Of a DNA stretch of 32,000 nucleotides, positions 24,417-32,000 are shown piece after piece. Under the pieces are notes generated by a model, which made no database searches, was not told the DNA's origin, and was given only the letters and a program-made list of their open reading frames with translations. How positions within the stretch are numbered: position 1 is the stretch's first letter; each line of letters begins with the position of its first letter. The DNA comes from an uncultured Chloroflexia bacterium (lineage in GTDB: Bacteria; Chloroflexota; Ktedonobacteria; Ktedonobacterales; JADMIN01). The translations under genes were made by a program, and so were the position numbers. Location: contig CAVRAI010000003.1 in the NCBI GenBank assembly GCA_963718915.1, positions 570,001 to 602,000 of the forward strand. The letters are read 5' to 3'.

Positions 24417-25913
24417 ATGAACGCCCAGCGTCACGAACACGAACTCGAACACAAACACGAGCAACCAGCAATTCGGTCTCATGCCACGCCCCAGTCGTTG
24501 CGGGCGGTCTGGGTGGCCTTGGCCGGACTATCAGCGGTATTTCTCTTCGAGATGCTGGACAACTCAATCCTGAACGTCGCGCTGCCCACGATTGGACGCG
24601 ACTTGCACGTTTCGACCATCGCGCTGCAGTGGGTGACGGGCGCGTACGCGGTCGTGTTCGGCGGGTTGATGTTGGTGTTCGGAGCAATATCCGACCGGTT
24701 CGGCCGACGACGGGTCATGCTCATCGGGCTGGTGCTGCTTGGCATCGCGAGCCTGGCGACCGCGTTCGTCACCACGACGGAGCAACTGATCGTCGTGCGG
24801 GCAGTGATGGGCTGCGCGGCGGCGATGACGACTCCAGGGACGATGGCGCTGGCCTTCCGGATGTTCGAGGAAGATAGCCTGCGCCTCCGTGCGATAAACC
24901 TCATCTCGACTGTGGGTCTGGTTGGACTCGCGATCGGCCCGACTGTGGGTGGCTTCGTGCTCGCGATCGCGCCATGGCAGGTTCTGCTGCTGGTGAACGT
25001 GCCGATCGCCGTGCTCGCGATCATCTGTGTGCGGGTCGGTATCGCTGCGGACGAAGCGGCTGACCTTCACCGCGACCCGGTGGATGTCCTCGGAGCGGTG
25101 CTGGGCACGGCGACGATCGTTCTCGCGCTCGTCGCACCGACGCTATTCGTGAACGAAGGCGCCGACTCATGGGCGCCATGGACGGCCACCGCTGCGGCCG
25201 TTGTGGGGGCGATTTTCTTCTTCCTCCGCGAGCACTCGGCCCGTTATCCGCTTCTCGACCTGACGCTCGTTGCTCGCCCGCTCGTTTCCAGCGGCCTGGC
25301 CTATAAAGCTGCCGCTGGGCTGGCGACCGCCGGTCTCGGCTACATGGTGACGCTGCAGTTGCAGCTCGACTGGGGGTGGACGCCCGCACTCGCTGCTATC
25401 GGCATGCTACCGCAGGTCATCGTCCTCGTCGCGGGCGGCGCGTTCGTCAATCCGTTCGTGCAACGGGTTGGTCTCGACCGGGCAGCATGGCTCAGCGCTG
25501 CGGCGGTTGTGTTCGGGCTTGCCGTCTACGGTCTGCTGAGCAGCTTCGGATATGTGTGGGTCGCGATCGCACTCGTACTCGTGGCAGCCGGGTTGCGCGT
25601 GGTCGGCGTCGTTGCCGGGGTCAACGTGCTCCGTGGCCTGCCGAAGAACCGGACCACAATCGGCGCGGCGCTCACCGACACCGCAACCGAGGTCACTTCC
25701 GGCGTCGGTATCGCCGTCACCGGCACCATCCTCGCAGCGCTGTTCACCGGCGATATCGCCACATCGAACTGGAGCACGCAACAAACCGCGGAATTCCAGA
25801 CGGCAGTCACGATTGCCGGTCTCGTGCTCACAGTCGTGGCTGCGGCGCTCGTCGGGTGGGCGATCCTCCGTACGCGGAGCGCCGCAGACGGCCAGGAGAT
25901 GTATTCAAAATGA
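24417..25913 (+). CDS. MFS transporter, DHA2 (EmrB/QacA-like, 14-TMS) drug:H+ antiporter family
   Basis: LDNSILNVALPTIGRDLHVSTIALQWVTGAYAVVFGGLMLVFGAISDRFGRRRVMLIGL is the signature N-terminal region, including the GxxSDRxGRR motif A. About 14 hydrophobic helices follow. Confidence 0.9.
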   Translation: MNAQRHEHELEHKHEQPAIRSHATPQSLRAVWVALAGLSAVFLFEMLDNSILNVALPTIGRDLHVSTIALQWVTGAYAVVFGGLMLVFGAISDRFGRRRVMLIGLVLLGIASLATAFVTTTEQLIVVRAVMGCAAAMTTPGTMALAFRMFEEDSLRLRAINLISTVGLVGLAIGPTVGGFVLAIAPWQVLLLVNVPIAVLAIICVRVGIAADEAADLHRDPVDVLGAVLGTATIVLALVAPTLFVNEGADSWAPWTATAAAVVGAIFFFLREHSARYPLLDLTLVARPLVSSGLAYKAAAGLATAGLGYMVTLQLQLDWGWTPALAAIGMLPQVIVLVAGGAFVNPFVQRVGLDRAAWLSAAAVVFGLAVYGLLSSFGYVWVAIALVLVAAGLRVVGVVAGVNVLRGLPKNRTTIGAALTDTATEVTSGVGIAVTGTILAALFTGDIATSNWSTQQTAEFQTAVTIAGLVLTVVAAALVGWAILRTRSAADGQEMYSK

Positions 25914-25952
25914 GGGAACGCAGTTCCAGAGACAATTCCCAAGGCTCACAGA

Positions 25953-26399
25953 TTAGCGATCGCGCGTGATGCGCGCCATGCTGGCGACGAGCAAGACCAG
26001 CAGCATCGCGTTCACCGGATGGAATGCCGCGACAAGCGGGATGATGCGGCCAGCGTCGATCAGCAACCCCTGGAGGATCATCAGGCCGAAGACTAGCCAC
26101 GAACGGCGCCGGAGTGTTGCTCCCAGATGCCCGCGCCAGGCGACCAGCGGCAGCGCCAGCGAGCCAAGGATGACCAGCGTTCCCAGAATCATGTGTGGCA
26201 GGAAGCTCGACACGCCGAAGACGCCCAGCCCGGCGAAGAAGATTTGCAATGTGACGCCGCCCAGCAGGATGCGCGCGATGACGGTATGCGCTCTGGCCGC
26301 GCGGCTGGGGATCGCGGCGAGAGTCTGCGACGCTACGGGAACGGCGGTGGGTGTGACTGGCTGAGTTGCTTCGGGTGGGGTGGAAATGAGCGTTTGCAT
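25953..26399 (-). CDS. small hypothetical membrane protein (4 TM helices)
   Basis: ATG at 26399 preceded by GAGGAGG. Helices: VIARILLGGVTLQIFFAGLGVFGV, HMILGTLVILGSLALPLVAW, SWLVFGLMILQGLLI and AFHPVNAMLLVLLVASM. It resembles actinobacterial DUF-type small membrane proteins, but I cannot name the family with certainty. Confidence 0.55.
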   Translation of the reverse strand: MQTLISTPPEATQPVTPTAVPVASQTLAAIPSRAARAHTVIARILLGGVTLQIFFAGLGVFGVSSFLPHMILGTLVILGSLALPLVAWRGHLGATLRRRSWLVFGLMILQGLLIDAGRIIPLVAAFHPVNAMLLVLLVASMARITRDR

Positions 26400-26560
26400 T
26401 GGGAACCTCCTCGCTCAGTTCAATGTTTGTGTTCTCCTCTTTCTTGTCACCCTCAGCATAGCCCGGCATCGTTCCGCAACCGCTACGACGAGCGTTACAG
26501 AGTTGGGATAGTAGCGAATCTCGTAATGTTGTTGAAGATCGGGTTGAGGTGGGACTGGAG

Positions 26561-27244
26561 CTAAGTTGCTGAGGCAATGCCCAGCAGTCGGTCCACCAGC
26601 GCGACATTCGCCTGCTCCAGCGCGTCGACCAGCGCGTCGGCGGCGGCGAGGCCGGGCGCGTCGGGCTGGCCCGCGCGGCGCACCGCCAGGCAGCGCATCC
26701 CGCCCGCGTGGGCGGCGGCGACCCCAGCGGGCGCGTCTTCGATGACCAGGCAATGCGCGGGAGTGACTCCCAGATGCTCGGCTCCGGCGAGGAAGATGTC
26801 GGGCGCGGGCTTGCCGTGGGCCACTTGCTCGCCTGAGACGACCGCATCGAGGTAGGGCGCGATACCGAGCAACTGGACGATTGCCTCCAGGTTGGCGGGT
26901 GGCGCCGATGAGCCGAGCGCCTGCCGGTAGCCCGCCGCATGCAGCGCCGCCAGCAGTTCTTTCGCGCCGGGAAGCGCCACAGCCTCCTCCGCCAGCAACG
27001 CGCGGTAGATGGCCTCCTTGCGGTCGCCCAGCGCGGCGATGCGTTCCGGTGGACCGGATACGCCGAACATACGTGGGAAGATGTCGCTGTTGCGCATGCC
27101 GAAGGTGGCCCAGAAGGCGGCGTCGCTATAGGGCAGATGCTCTTCGCGCGCCAGCTGCTCCCAGGCGCGGCGATGCTGCTCGCCGCTATCGATCAGGACG
27201 CCGTCAACATCCCACAATACCGCATAGTCGCCACGATTGACCAT
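26561..27244 (-). CDS. HAD-superfamily hydrolase, subfamily IA (beta-phosphoglucomutase/phosphatase-like)
   Basis: From Met23 of ORF 26561..27310: MVNRGDYAVLWDVDGVLIDS (DxDGxL motif I), GSSAP (motif II region), KPAPDIF, and CLVIEDAPAGVAAAHAGGM (motifs III/IV). Confidence 0.85.
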   Translation of the reverse strand: MVNRGDYAVLWDVDGVLIDSGEQHRRAWEQLAREEHLPYSDAAFWATFGMRNSDIFPRMFGVSGPPERIAALGDRKEAIYRALLAEEAVALPGAKELLAALHAAGYRQALGSSAPPANLEAIVQLLGIAPYLDAVVSGEQVAHGKPAPDIFLAGAEHLGVTPAHCLVIEDAPAGVAAAHAGGMRCLAVRRAGQPDAPGLAAADALVDALEQANVALVDRLLGIASAT

Positions 27245-27452
27245 CCTGGCCCGCCTCCTCAGTCTGTCTCTGGCCTGCTGCTTCTCAGCGCGCTCAGCCG
27301 TTCTAACCATGCACTGGGATTGTATCGCGCCAGTCGCGCATCAATCTCGGCCCATTTCCATGAGGACCTGTCAAAAAGCAACCGCTTCATTCGATCAGGA
27401 TAGTGTGGGAGAAGGCAGGCGCTTCTCGTCACCACGGCAGAAAGTAGTCTCT

Positions 27453-28022
27453 GTGGAGCTTGTGAGCAGTCTCTCGCTCGATGCATTCACCGCGCTTGCG
27501 CGTCGTTATACCCAGCCACTACACGTCTTTCTCTGCGGCCTCGTGCATGATCCGGAGCTTGCGCGCGACCTGCTGCAAGACACGTTCATCGCGGCATGGA
27601 GCGCGGCGCAACAGGGTACGCCGCCGCTCGTTGCCAACGGCGATGAGGCTGGCATACGGCGCTGGCTCTATCGCGTCGCTTATCGGCGGGCGGTGGATAG
27701 TCTGCGGCGCAGGCGGCTGATTCACTGGGAATCGCTCCATGCGCTGCTGGACTTCGAGCGGCTTCCAGGAAACAGCGCATCCTACTCGTTCGAGGAACTG
27801 GTGGCCGAGAGCGAGGCCATGCAACGCGCGCTTGCCACACTCAGCCCGGAAGACAGCGCCTGCCTGCTGCTGATGGTCGTCCAGGGATTCACCGCACAGG
27901 AAGCCGCCGCAATCATCGGCTCGTCCGCGACGGCGATGGGCAAACGCATCGGCAGGGCGAAGAGCCGCCTGCTCTCCGCCTATCTGGCGCAAAATGCCTC
28001 CAATCCGGGAGGACGGTCATGA
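27453..28022 (+). CDS. ECF-type RNA polymerase sigma-70 family factor (paralogue 1)
   Basis: Region 2: PELARDLLQDTFIAAW...GIRRWLYRVAYRRAVDSLRRRR. Region 4: LSPEDSACLLLMVVQGFTAQEAAAIIGSSATAMGKRIGRAKSRL. The start is uncertain (GTG at 27405, 27453 or 27462); 27453 was chosen by length comparison with the paralogue at 29641. Confidence 0.8.
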   Translation: MELVSSLSLDAFTALARRYTQPLHVFLCGLVHDPELARDLLQDTFIAAWSAAQQGTPPLVANGDEAGIRRWLYRVAYRRAVDSLRRRRLIHWESLHALLDFERLPGNSASYSFEELVAESEAMQRALATLSPEDSACLLLMVVQGFTAQEAAAIIGSSATAMGKRIGRAKSRLLSAYLAQNASNPGGRS

Positions 28023-29395
28023 ATACATTTAACATGCGGCATCCGTCCGGCCCTGAATGCGCCAGGTACGCGGAGCTTCTGCCTCAGTTCCGGCAAGGAA
28101 CGCTCAGCCGTGCCGAAGAGATGTCTCTGCGCGCGCATCTCGCCACCTGTGGCTACTGCCAGGCGCAACTGGCGGCCTACGACCGGCTGGATGCCGCGCT
28201 CTACACCTACATGGGCCGTTTCGCGCGGACCGCGCCCGCCGCCGATGACCTCGTCCGGCTCGCCGTCTCGCGCGTTCCATCGACATCCCCCGCGCGGATG
28301 AATCATCATCAGTCCCAGGCATCCTGGGAAGGTCGGAGAGATAACTCCATGTTCAATGATTGGGATGAGACAACGTATGAAATGCCCACCCTGCCGCGAT
28401 CAGACCGGCAGCCGCCGCGGAATACACCGAACACACGCACCCGCCCGGTGCTGGCGACCATTGCCGCGTTGTTGATAATCGGACTGGCGGCGACGCTCTT
28501 CGCCGTCTTCGGGCGGCCATCCAGCGGCCCGGCGCAGGGCAGCACGCCCACCGCGACGACCCAGCCAACGGCGACGGCCCAGCCAACACAGCAGCCGACA
28601 CAAGCGACTTCGGTGGGGGTTGTCAACTCTGGCCATCCATGCGGCAGCGACACCTCTGGCCAGATCAGCTACGTGCAGATTGGCGACCTGAAGGTGAGCC
28701 AGGTGCATTTCTCGTTCGCCTATTCCTATGCCTCCAACCAGCTTCCGGCCAATCTCGATCCGTCGAAGCCCTATCAACTGCCGGACAACCTTCCGAATCC
28801 GCCGAACCCACCAGTCAATCCGGCGATCAGCCAGGGCGGCGGCTATAGCCTGACGATCTGCAACACATCCGGTTCGGCCAGCCATGTGATCCAGAGTCTC
28901 ACTGTCGGCATCGCGGCGTTCACGGCCTACAGCGGGCCGCTCAACACCTACCAGTTCTGTGACCCAGTCTATCAGCGGGCATACGGCATTACTGGTGGTG
29001 GCTGTGGCGCTGGAATGTCCCTCGACGAACAGCTCCAGGCAAGCTTTGCGGCAGACGCGACCGTTGGGGCGCAGGTGACGACGACACAAGTTGGTACGGG
29101 TAATGCAGGGAACAACCCGAACGGTCTGAATACGCCGCCACTGCCGGTTCAACTTGGCCCTGGCCAGATGCTCGTCATAAGTCTCGGCGTGGCCGTACCC
29201 ACCGCACCAGGAACCTACACTTTCGCCTTCGGGCTGAACTACGACAGCGTGACATCCGCGCCCATTTCGACGATGCAGCCGACGATCTTCGATAGCGCGG
29301 GGGTGAAGTGGAGCGGCGGCAACTGTACCAAACCGGCCCTACTGAGCCAGATTCCCACCAGCAATCCCACGGCCGGGTATGTCTGCGCGCCATAG
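28019..29395 (+). CDS. anti-sigma factor (zf-HC2), single-pass membrane protein with a TQP-rich linker and a 6-Cys extracytoplasmic domain of unknown fold
   Basis: The ATG at 28019 overlaps the sigma stop (ATGA) and GGGAGGA lies 5 nt upstream. The zf-HC2 motif is RAHLATCGYCQ (Hx3Cx2C). The TM helix is VLATIAALLIIGLAATLFAVF and the linker is TPTATTQPTATAQPTQQPTQATS. Confidence 0.75.
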   Translation: MNTFNMRHPSGPECARYAELLPQFRQGTLSRAEEMSLRAHLATCGYCQAQLAAYDRLDAALYTYMGRFARTAPAADDLVRLAVSRVPSTSPARMNHHQSQASWEGRRDNSMFNDWDETTYEMPTLPRSDRQPPRNTPNTRTRPVLATIAALLIIGLAATLFAVFGRPSSGPAQGSTPTATTQPTATAQPTQQPTQATSVGVVNSGHPCGSDTSGQISYVQIGDLKVSQVHFSFAYSYASNQLPANLDPSKPYQLPDNLPNPPNPPVNPAISQGGGYSLTICNTSGSASHVIQSLTVGIAAFTAYSGPLNTYQFCDPVYQRAYGITGGGCGAGMSLDEQLQASFAADATVGAQVTTTQVGTGNAGNNPNGLNTPPLPVQLGPGQMLVISLGVAVPTAPGTYTFAFGLNYDSVTSAPISTMQPTIFDSAGVKWSGGNCTKPALLSQIPTSNPTAGYVCAP

Positions 29396-29640
29396 CAGCG
29401 TTTGAATCGAACGGCGTTCGTCGCGACCACCAATCGACTATTTCCGGGGCCTGCTGTGGGATGTGTCCTACTCACCAGCAAGCCCTCAGCGTGTTTTGGA
29501 CAAGCTACTAGGCCATGAGCCAGGTAATTTGAACAGTGTATCCATCAGGGAGTGGAGCATAAGGTGTCCACCTACGTTACGCCCGCGCGATAGCAGAGTG
29601 TAACCGGTTATACAGAACCAAGGGAGTGTGGGAGTGTCGC

Positions 29641-30219
29641 ATGCATGATGTCGTCGCCTCTGATCCGCATCCCACGGATGCCTTTGCCCAGGCGCTGAAT
29701 ACGCTGCAATGGCCGCTGGTTGGCTTCGTCCGCGGGCTGATACGAGACGAGGAGCAGGCGCGCGACATCGTCCAGGATGTGTTTGTAGACGCATGGAAAC
29801 ACGCGCGTCAAGGTACTCCGCCGTTCACAAGCGCCGCCGACAATGAAGACGGGATACGGCGCTGGCTCTTCCATGTGGCCTATCGTCGAGCGGTCTCAGC
29901 GTATCGGCGCGGAAACATCATCAACTGGCAATCGCTTGAGCCGTCAATGGAGACGCTGCTCCCCTGGGACGGCGAGCCAAAGCCGTTCGATGATCAGATC
30001 GTTGAGCGTGAGGCTCTACGTGACGCGCTGCAACAGCTTTCGATTGAAGACGCCGCCTGTGTGCTGCTACACGCTGTGTGGGGGCTGACTTCCACCGAGA
30101 TTGCCGCGATTCTCGACATCTCGCGCGCGGCGGCGAAGAAGCGGCTGACCCGCGCCAAGCAACGGCTGCGCATCTCTTATTTCGACCAGAACCGCACGCA
30201 GGGGGAGGATCCGCGATGA
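29641..30219 (+). CDS. ECF-type RNA polymerase sigma-70 family factor (paralogue 2)
   Basis: ATG at 29641 with GGGAG 5-6 nt upstream. EEQARDIVQDVFVDAW...GIRRWLFHVAYRRAVSAYRR; LSIEDAACVLLHAVWGLTSTEIAAILDISRAAAKKRLTRAKQRL. It shares the unusual QGTPP...GIRRWL insertion with the 27453 gene. Confidence 0.85.
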   Translation: MHDVVASDPHPTDAFAQALNTLQWPLVGFVRGLIRDEEQARDIVQDVFVDAWKHARQGTPPFTSAADNEDGIRRWLFHVAYRRAVSAYRRGNIINWQSLEPSMETLLPWDGEPKPFDDQIVEREALRDALQQLSIEDAACVLLHAVWGLTSTEIAAILDISRAAAKKRLTRAKQRLRISYFDQNRTQGEDPR

Positions 30220-31682
30220 CTACTATAGAGCCGCAACCTGTTCTGCCAACCCAGGACTGCGCGGCCATCGCGCCACTGCTCCCGCTGCTCGATTCATCCG
30301 ATCTCAGCGCCGAAGACGCCACCCGCGCCCGCGACCACCTGGAGACCTGCGCGTGGTGCACGCGAGAACACGCCGCCCACGTGATTGTGGATGCCGCGCT
30401 GCGGCGTCAGTATGGCGAGCCGCCAGAGCGCGCGCTGCCTTTCCTTACGATGGAGAGCTTTGTGAATACACCAGACACGCGGGACAGGCTAGGTCAACTA
30501 GATACCACCTATCCGCCGAGCGACACAGACAGAACCGTTCCTGATTACCCGCGTCGTGGCCCTGGTCGGCTCACTGGTATCGCGGCGGTGGCGGCCGCGC
30601 TGCTGCTGGTGGGGCTGGCGGCCACGCTCTTTACCGTCTTCTCCCAGACAGCGCATGGCCCCGCGCGTAACAGCGCGCCGACCGCAACGTCGATTGCCCA
30701 CCAGCCACTCGCGCCGCTGCATCTGCCAGCGGGAGCCACCCTGCTAGGTCTCTCGATGACTTCACCAACCGACGGCTGGGCAGTAGGTGTGAGTGCCAAT
30801 CCTCAGCAAGTTTTACTGGTGCGCTATCACGATGGGCAATGGGCCATCTGGCCTGGTACCCTGCCGCAGTTGCAATTGTTATTGAGCGCCGATAGCCTCT
30901 CGATGGATTCGCCAACCGATGGCTGGATGACCGGCGATGGCGGCATGCTGCACTATACCAACGGGCAGTGGGTGGCCGTCGCCTTACCCGGTGTTGGCGG
31001 GATTGACAGAGTACAAATGGTCTCGCCAACTGATGGCTGGGCGAAAGCCTTCATCCAGTCCGCCGATAAGCAGAGTGGCGTATTTGGGATGCTGCGCTAT
31101 ACCGGGGGCGCGTGGTCCGTCGTCCCGCTACCACCGGCCTTGCGGGAGATTAGCGATGAGACACAGCTCGATTTCTCTGTGACCGAGTCGGGCGAATGCT
31201 GGTTGCTGTATCGTGTCGCTAGCAGTAATAGCACCGAGATTCTGCGCTATACAGGCGGCTCCTTCCAGGTGGTCTATACGCTGCCCGGCGTCCAGGAATA
31301 CCATATCACCATGGGCACATCGGAGAATGGCTGGCTGACCGGCATCAACGCCAACAGCAGTCCGTTCTATCACTTCGACGGTTCCGCCTGGACAAAGGTG
31401 GCGATTCCCGCCAGCTTCACTGGATCGTCCAGTAGCAACTATACAGCGGTGATTGCGCCATCTGGCGTGGCGTGGCTATTTGGTATTGGCGACTCCGGAC
31501 ACAATGGCGCGGCCGCTCGCTACCTCAATGGCTCATGGAAAGCGGTGACAGCGCCTTCGACAATCTTTCCGAGTACCTTCAGGTTGGTGGCCGATGACGA
31601 AGGCTGGGCCATCGGCACAGGTGGAGACCGCTCTGTGCTTTATCACTACCAGAACGGCAGTTGGACACCGTATCCGAATTGA
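30216..31682 (+). CDS. anti-sigma factor (zf-HC2), single-pass membrane protein with a beta-propeller-like repeat ectodomain
   Basis: From Met47 of ORF 30078..31682; the ATG at 30216 overlaps the sigma stop (ATGA). The zf-HC2 motif is RDHLETCAWCT. The TM helix is IAAVAAALLLVGLAATLFTVF. Repeated blades: SMTSPTDGWAVGV, SMDSPTDGWMTGD, MVSPTDGWAKAF, TESGECWLLY, TSENGWLTGI, APSGVAWLFGIG and ADDEGWAIGTGG, alternating with YxxGxW strands (YHDGQWA, YTNGQWV, YTGGAWS, YTGGSFQ, FDGSAWT, YLNGSWK, YQNGSWT). Confidence 0.75.
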   Translation: MTTIEPQPVLPTQDCAAIAPLLPLLDSSDLSAEDATRARDHLETCAWCTREHAAHVIVDAALRRQYGEPPERALPFLTMESFVNTPDTRDRLGQLDTTYPPSDTDRTVPDYPRRGPGRLTGIAAVAAALLLVGLAATLFTVFSQTAHGPARNSAPTATSIAHQPLAPLHLPAGATLLGLSMTSPTDGWAVGVSANPQQVLLVRYHDGQWAIWPGTLPQLQLLLSADSLSMDSPTDGWMTGDGGMLHYTNGQWVAVALPGVGGIDRVQMVSPTDGWAKAFIQSADKQSGVFGMLRYTGGAWSVVPLPPALREISDETQLDFSVTESGECWLLYRVASSNSTEILRYTGGSFQVVYTLPGVQEYHITMGTSENGWLTGINANSSPFYHFDGSAWTKVAIPASFTGSSSSNYTAVIAPSGVAWLFGIGDSGHNGAAARYLNGSWKAVTAPSTIFPSTFRLVADDEGWAIGTGGDRSVLYHYQNGSWTPYPN

Positions 31683-31702
31683 GACGTACCCACTATTCGT
31701 GA

Positions 31703-31744
31703 AGAGCCTGCCAGGCGGTAAGATGCCCACTGGCAGGCTCTTTC
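31703..31744 (+). terminator. hairpin terminator candidate downstream of the anti-sigma gene
   Basis: A perfect 12-bp stem, agagcctgccag (31703-31714) / ctggcaggctct (31730-31741), with a 15-nt loop, followed by only a short T run (cttt). This is weaker than a canonical intrinsic terminator. Confidence 0.5.
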
Positions 31745-32000
31745 GCATGGGCATTTGTATGGACAGGACAATAGTACTCGTTTGCAGGAGCATGGCTGGT
31801 ATGGTATCATCCATTGTGAGTGCAACGGCTTTCCTGTCACACAGGAAATACTGTATTGGCACTACACAGGTTGGGCGCATGGCGGCAGCGGGCGGCGTAG
31901 CCCATTGGTACCAGGCGGGCATGATAACACTGGCCTGTTGTCGCAAACCCAGGTATAGTGCTGGTGAACGTTGCAAAGCACATTTGTTCTAGCTCTCGGT

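Noticed and set aside
24254-24877. 207-aa plus-strand ORF overlapping the MFS gene start
   Set aside because: It is out of frame with the clear DHA2 MFS signature and has an Arg-rich composition.
25828-26940. 370-aa minus-strand ORF spanning the MFS 3' end, the small membrane gene and the HAD gene
   Set aside because: It crosses three better-supported genes in a different frame. Its Arg/Pro/Ser/Trp-rich composition is typical of an out-of-frame artefact.
31900-31960. Possible ZTP (pfl) riboswitch on the minus strand (GGGTTTGCGAC ... CCCGCCTGG)
   Set aside because: The match is partial and limited to two short words. The ACCGGG-containing 5' subdomain is absent and the spacing is far too short.
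31533-31992. ORFs 31533..31976 (minus) and 31594..31992 (plus) at the window end
   Set aside because: They mutually overlap and partly overlap the anti-sigma gene and its terminator. They also lie in low-GC sequence with implausible Cys/Trp/Met-rich composition.

Overview
High-GC (roughly 60-65% by eye), gene-dense bacterial chromosomal segment with about 30 supportable genes on both strands. All family calls come from motif recognition in the supplied translations; no database search was run. PT-rich linkers and the hairpin repeats at 12013-12193 are reminiscent of Chloroflexota-type genomes, but this is unverified. Core genes: kbl (cut by the window edge and apparently frameshifted), an LLM-class flavin oxidoreductase, a family III CoA-transferase, murB, murC, an L,D-transpeptidase lipoprotein, a SirB1-like protein, an HlyD-type adaptor, prs, a TetR/MFS pair with three phased palindromic operators, a HAD hydrolase, and two tandem paralogous ECF sigma/anti-sigma modules. 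The most unusual region is the minus-strand block 13249-19759. It holds a 976-aa Dna2/Cas4-like Fe-S nuclease fused to an Upf1/Dna2-type SF1 helicase. It also holds an NA37 (YejK/NdpA)-like DNA-binding protein whose stop overlaps (ATGA) the start of a 579-aa protein with no recognisable domain and three C-terminal TM helices. A small GC3-supported divergent ORF and a repeat-bearing low-GC intergenic region lie between the helicase and the pair. I propose this block as a candidate uncharacterised DNA-sensing plus membrane-effector (defence-like) locus; that is inference only. Smaller oddities: an 11-bp x3 tandem repeat in a 5' UTR, a ~120-bp imperfect palindromic element upstream of murC, three REP-like hairpin repeats between convergent genes, a GPP34-like protein with an inserted TM block, and an upstream ORF stop-start coupled to the MFS gene. 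No rRNA, tRNA, CRISPR array, transposase or integrase was recognised.
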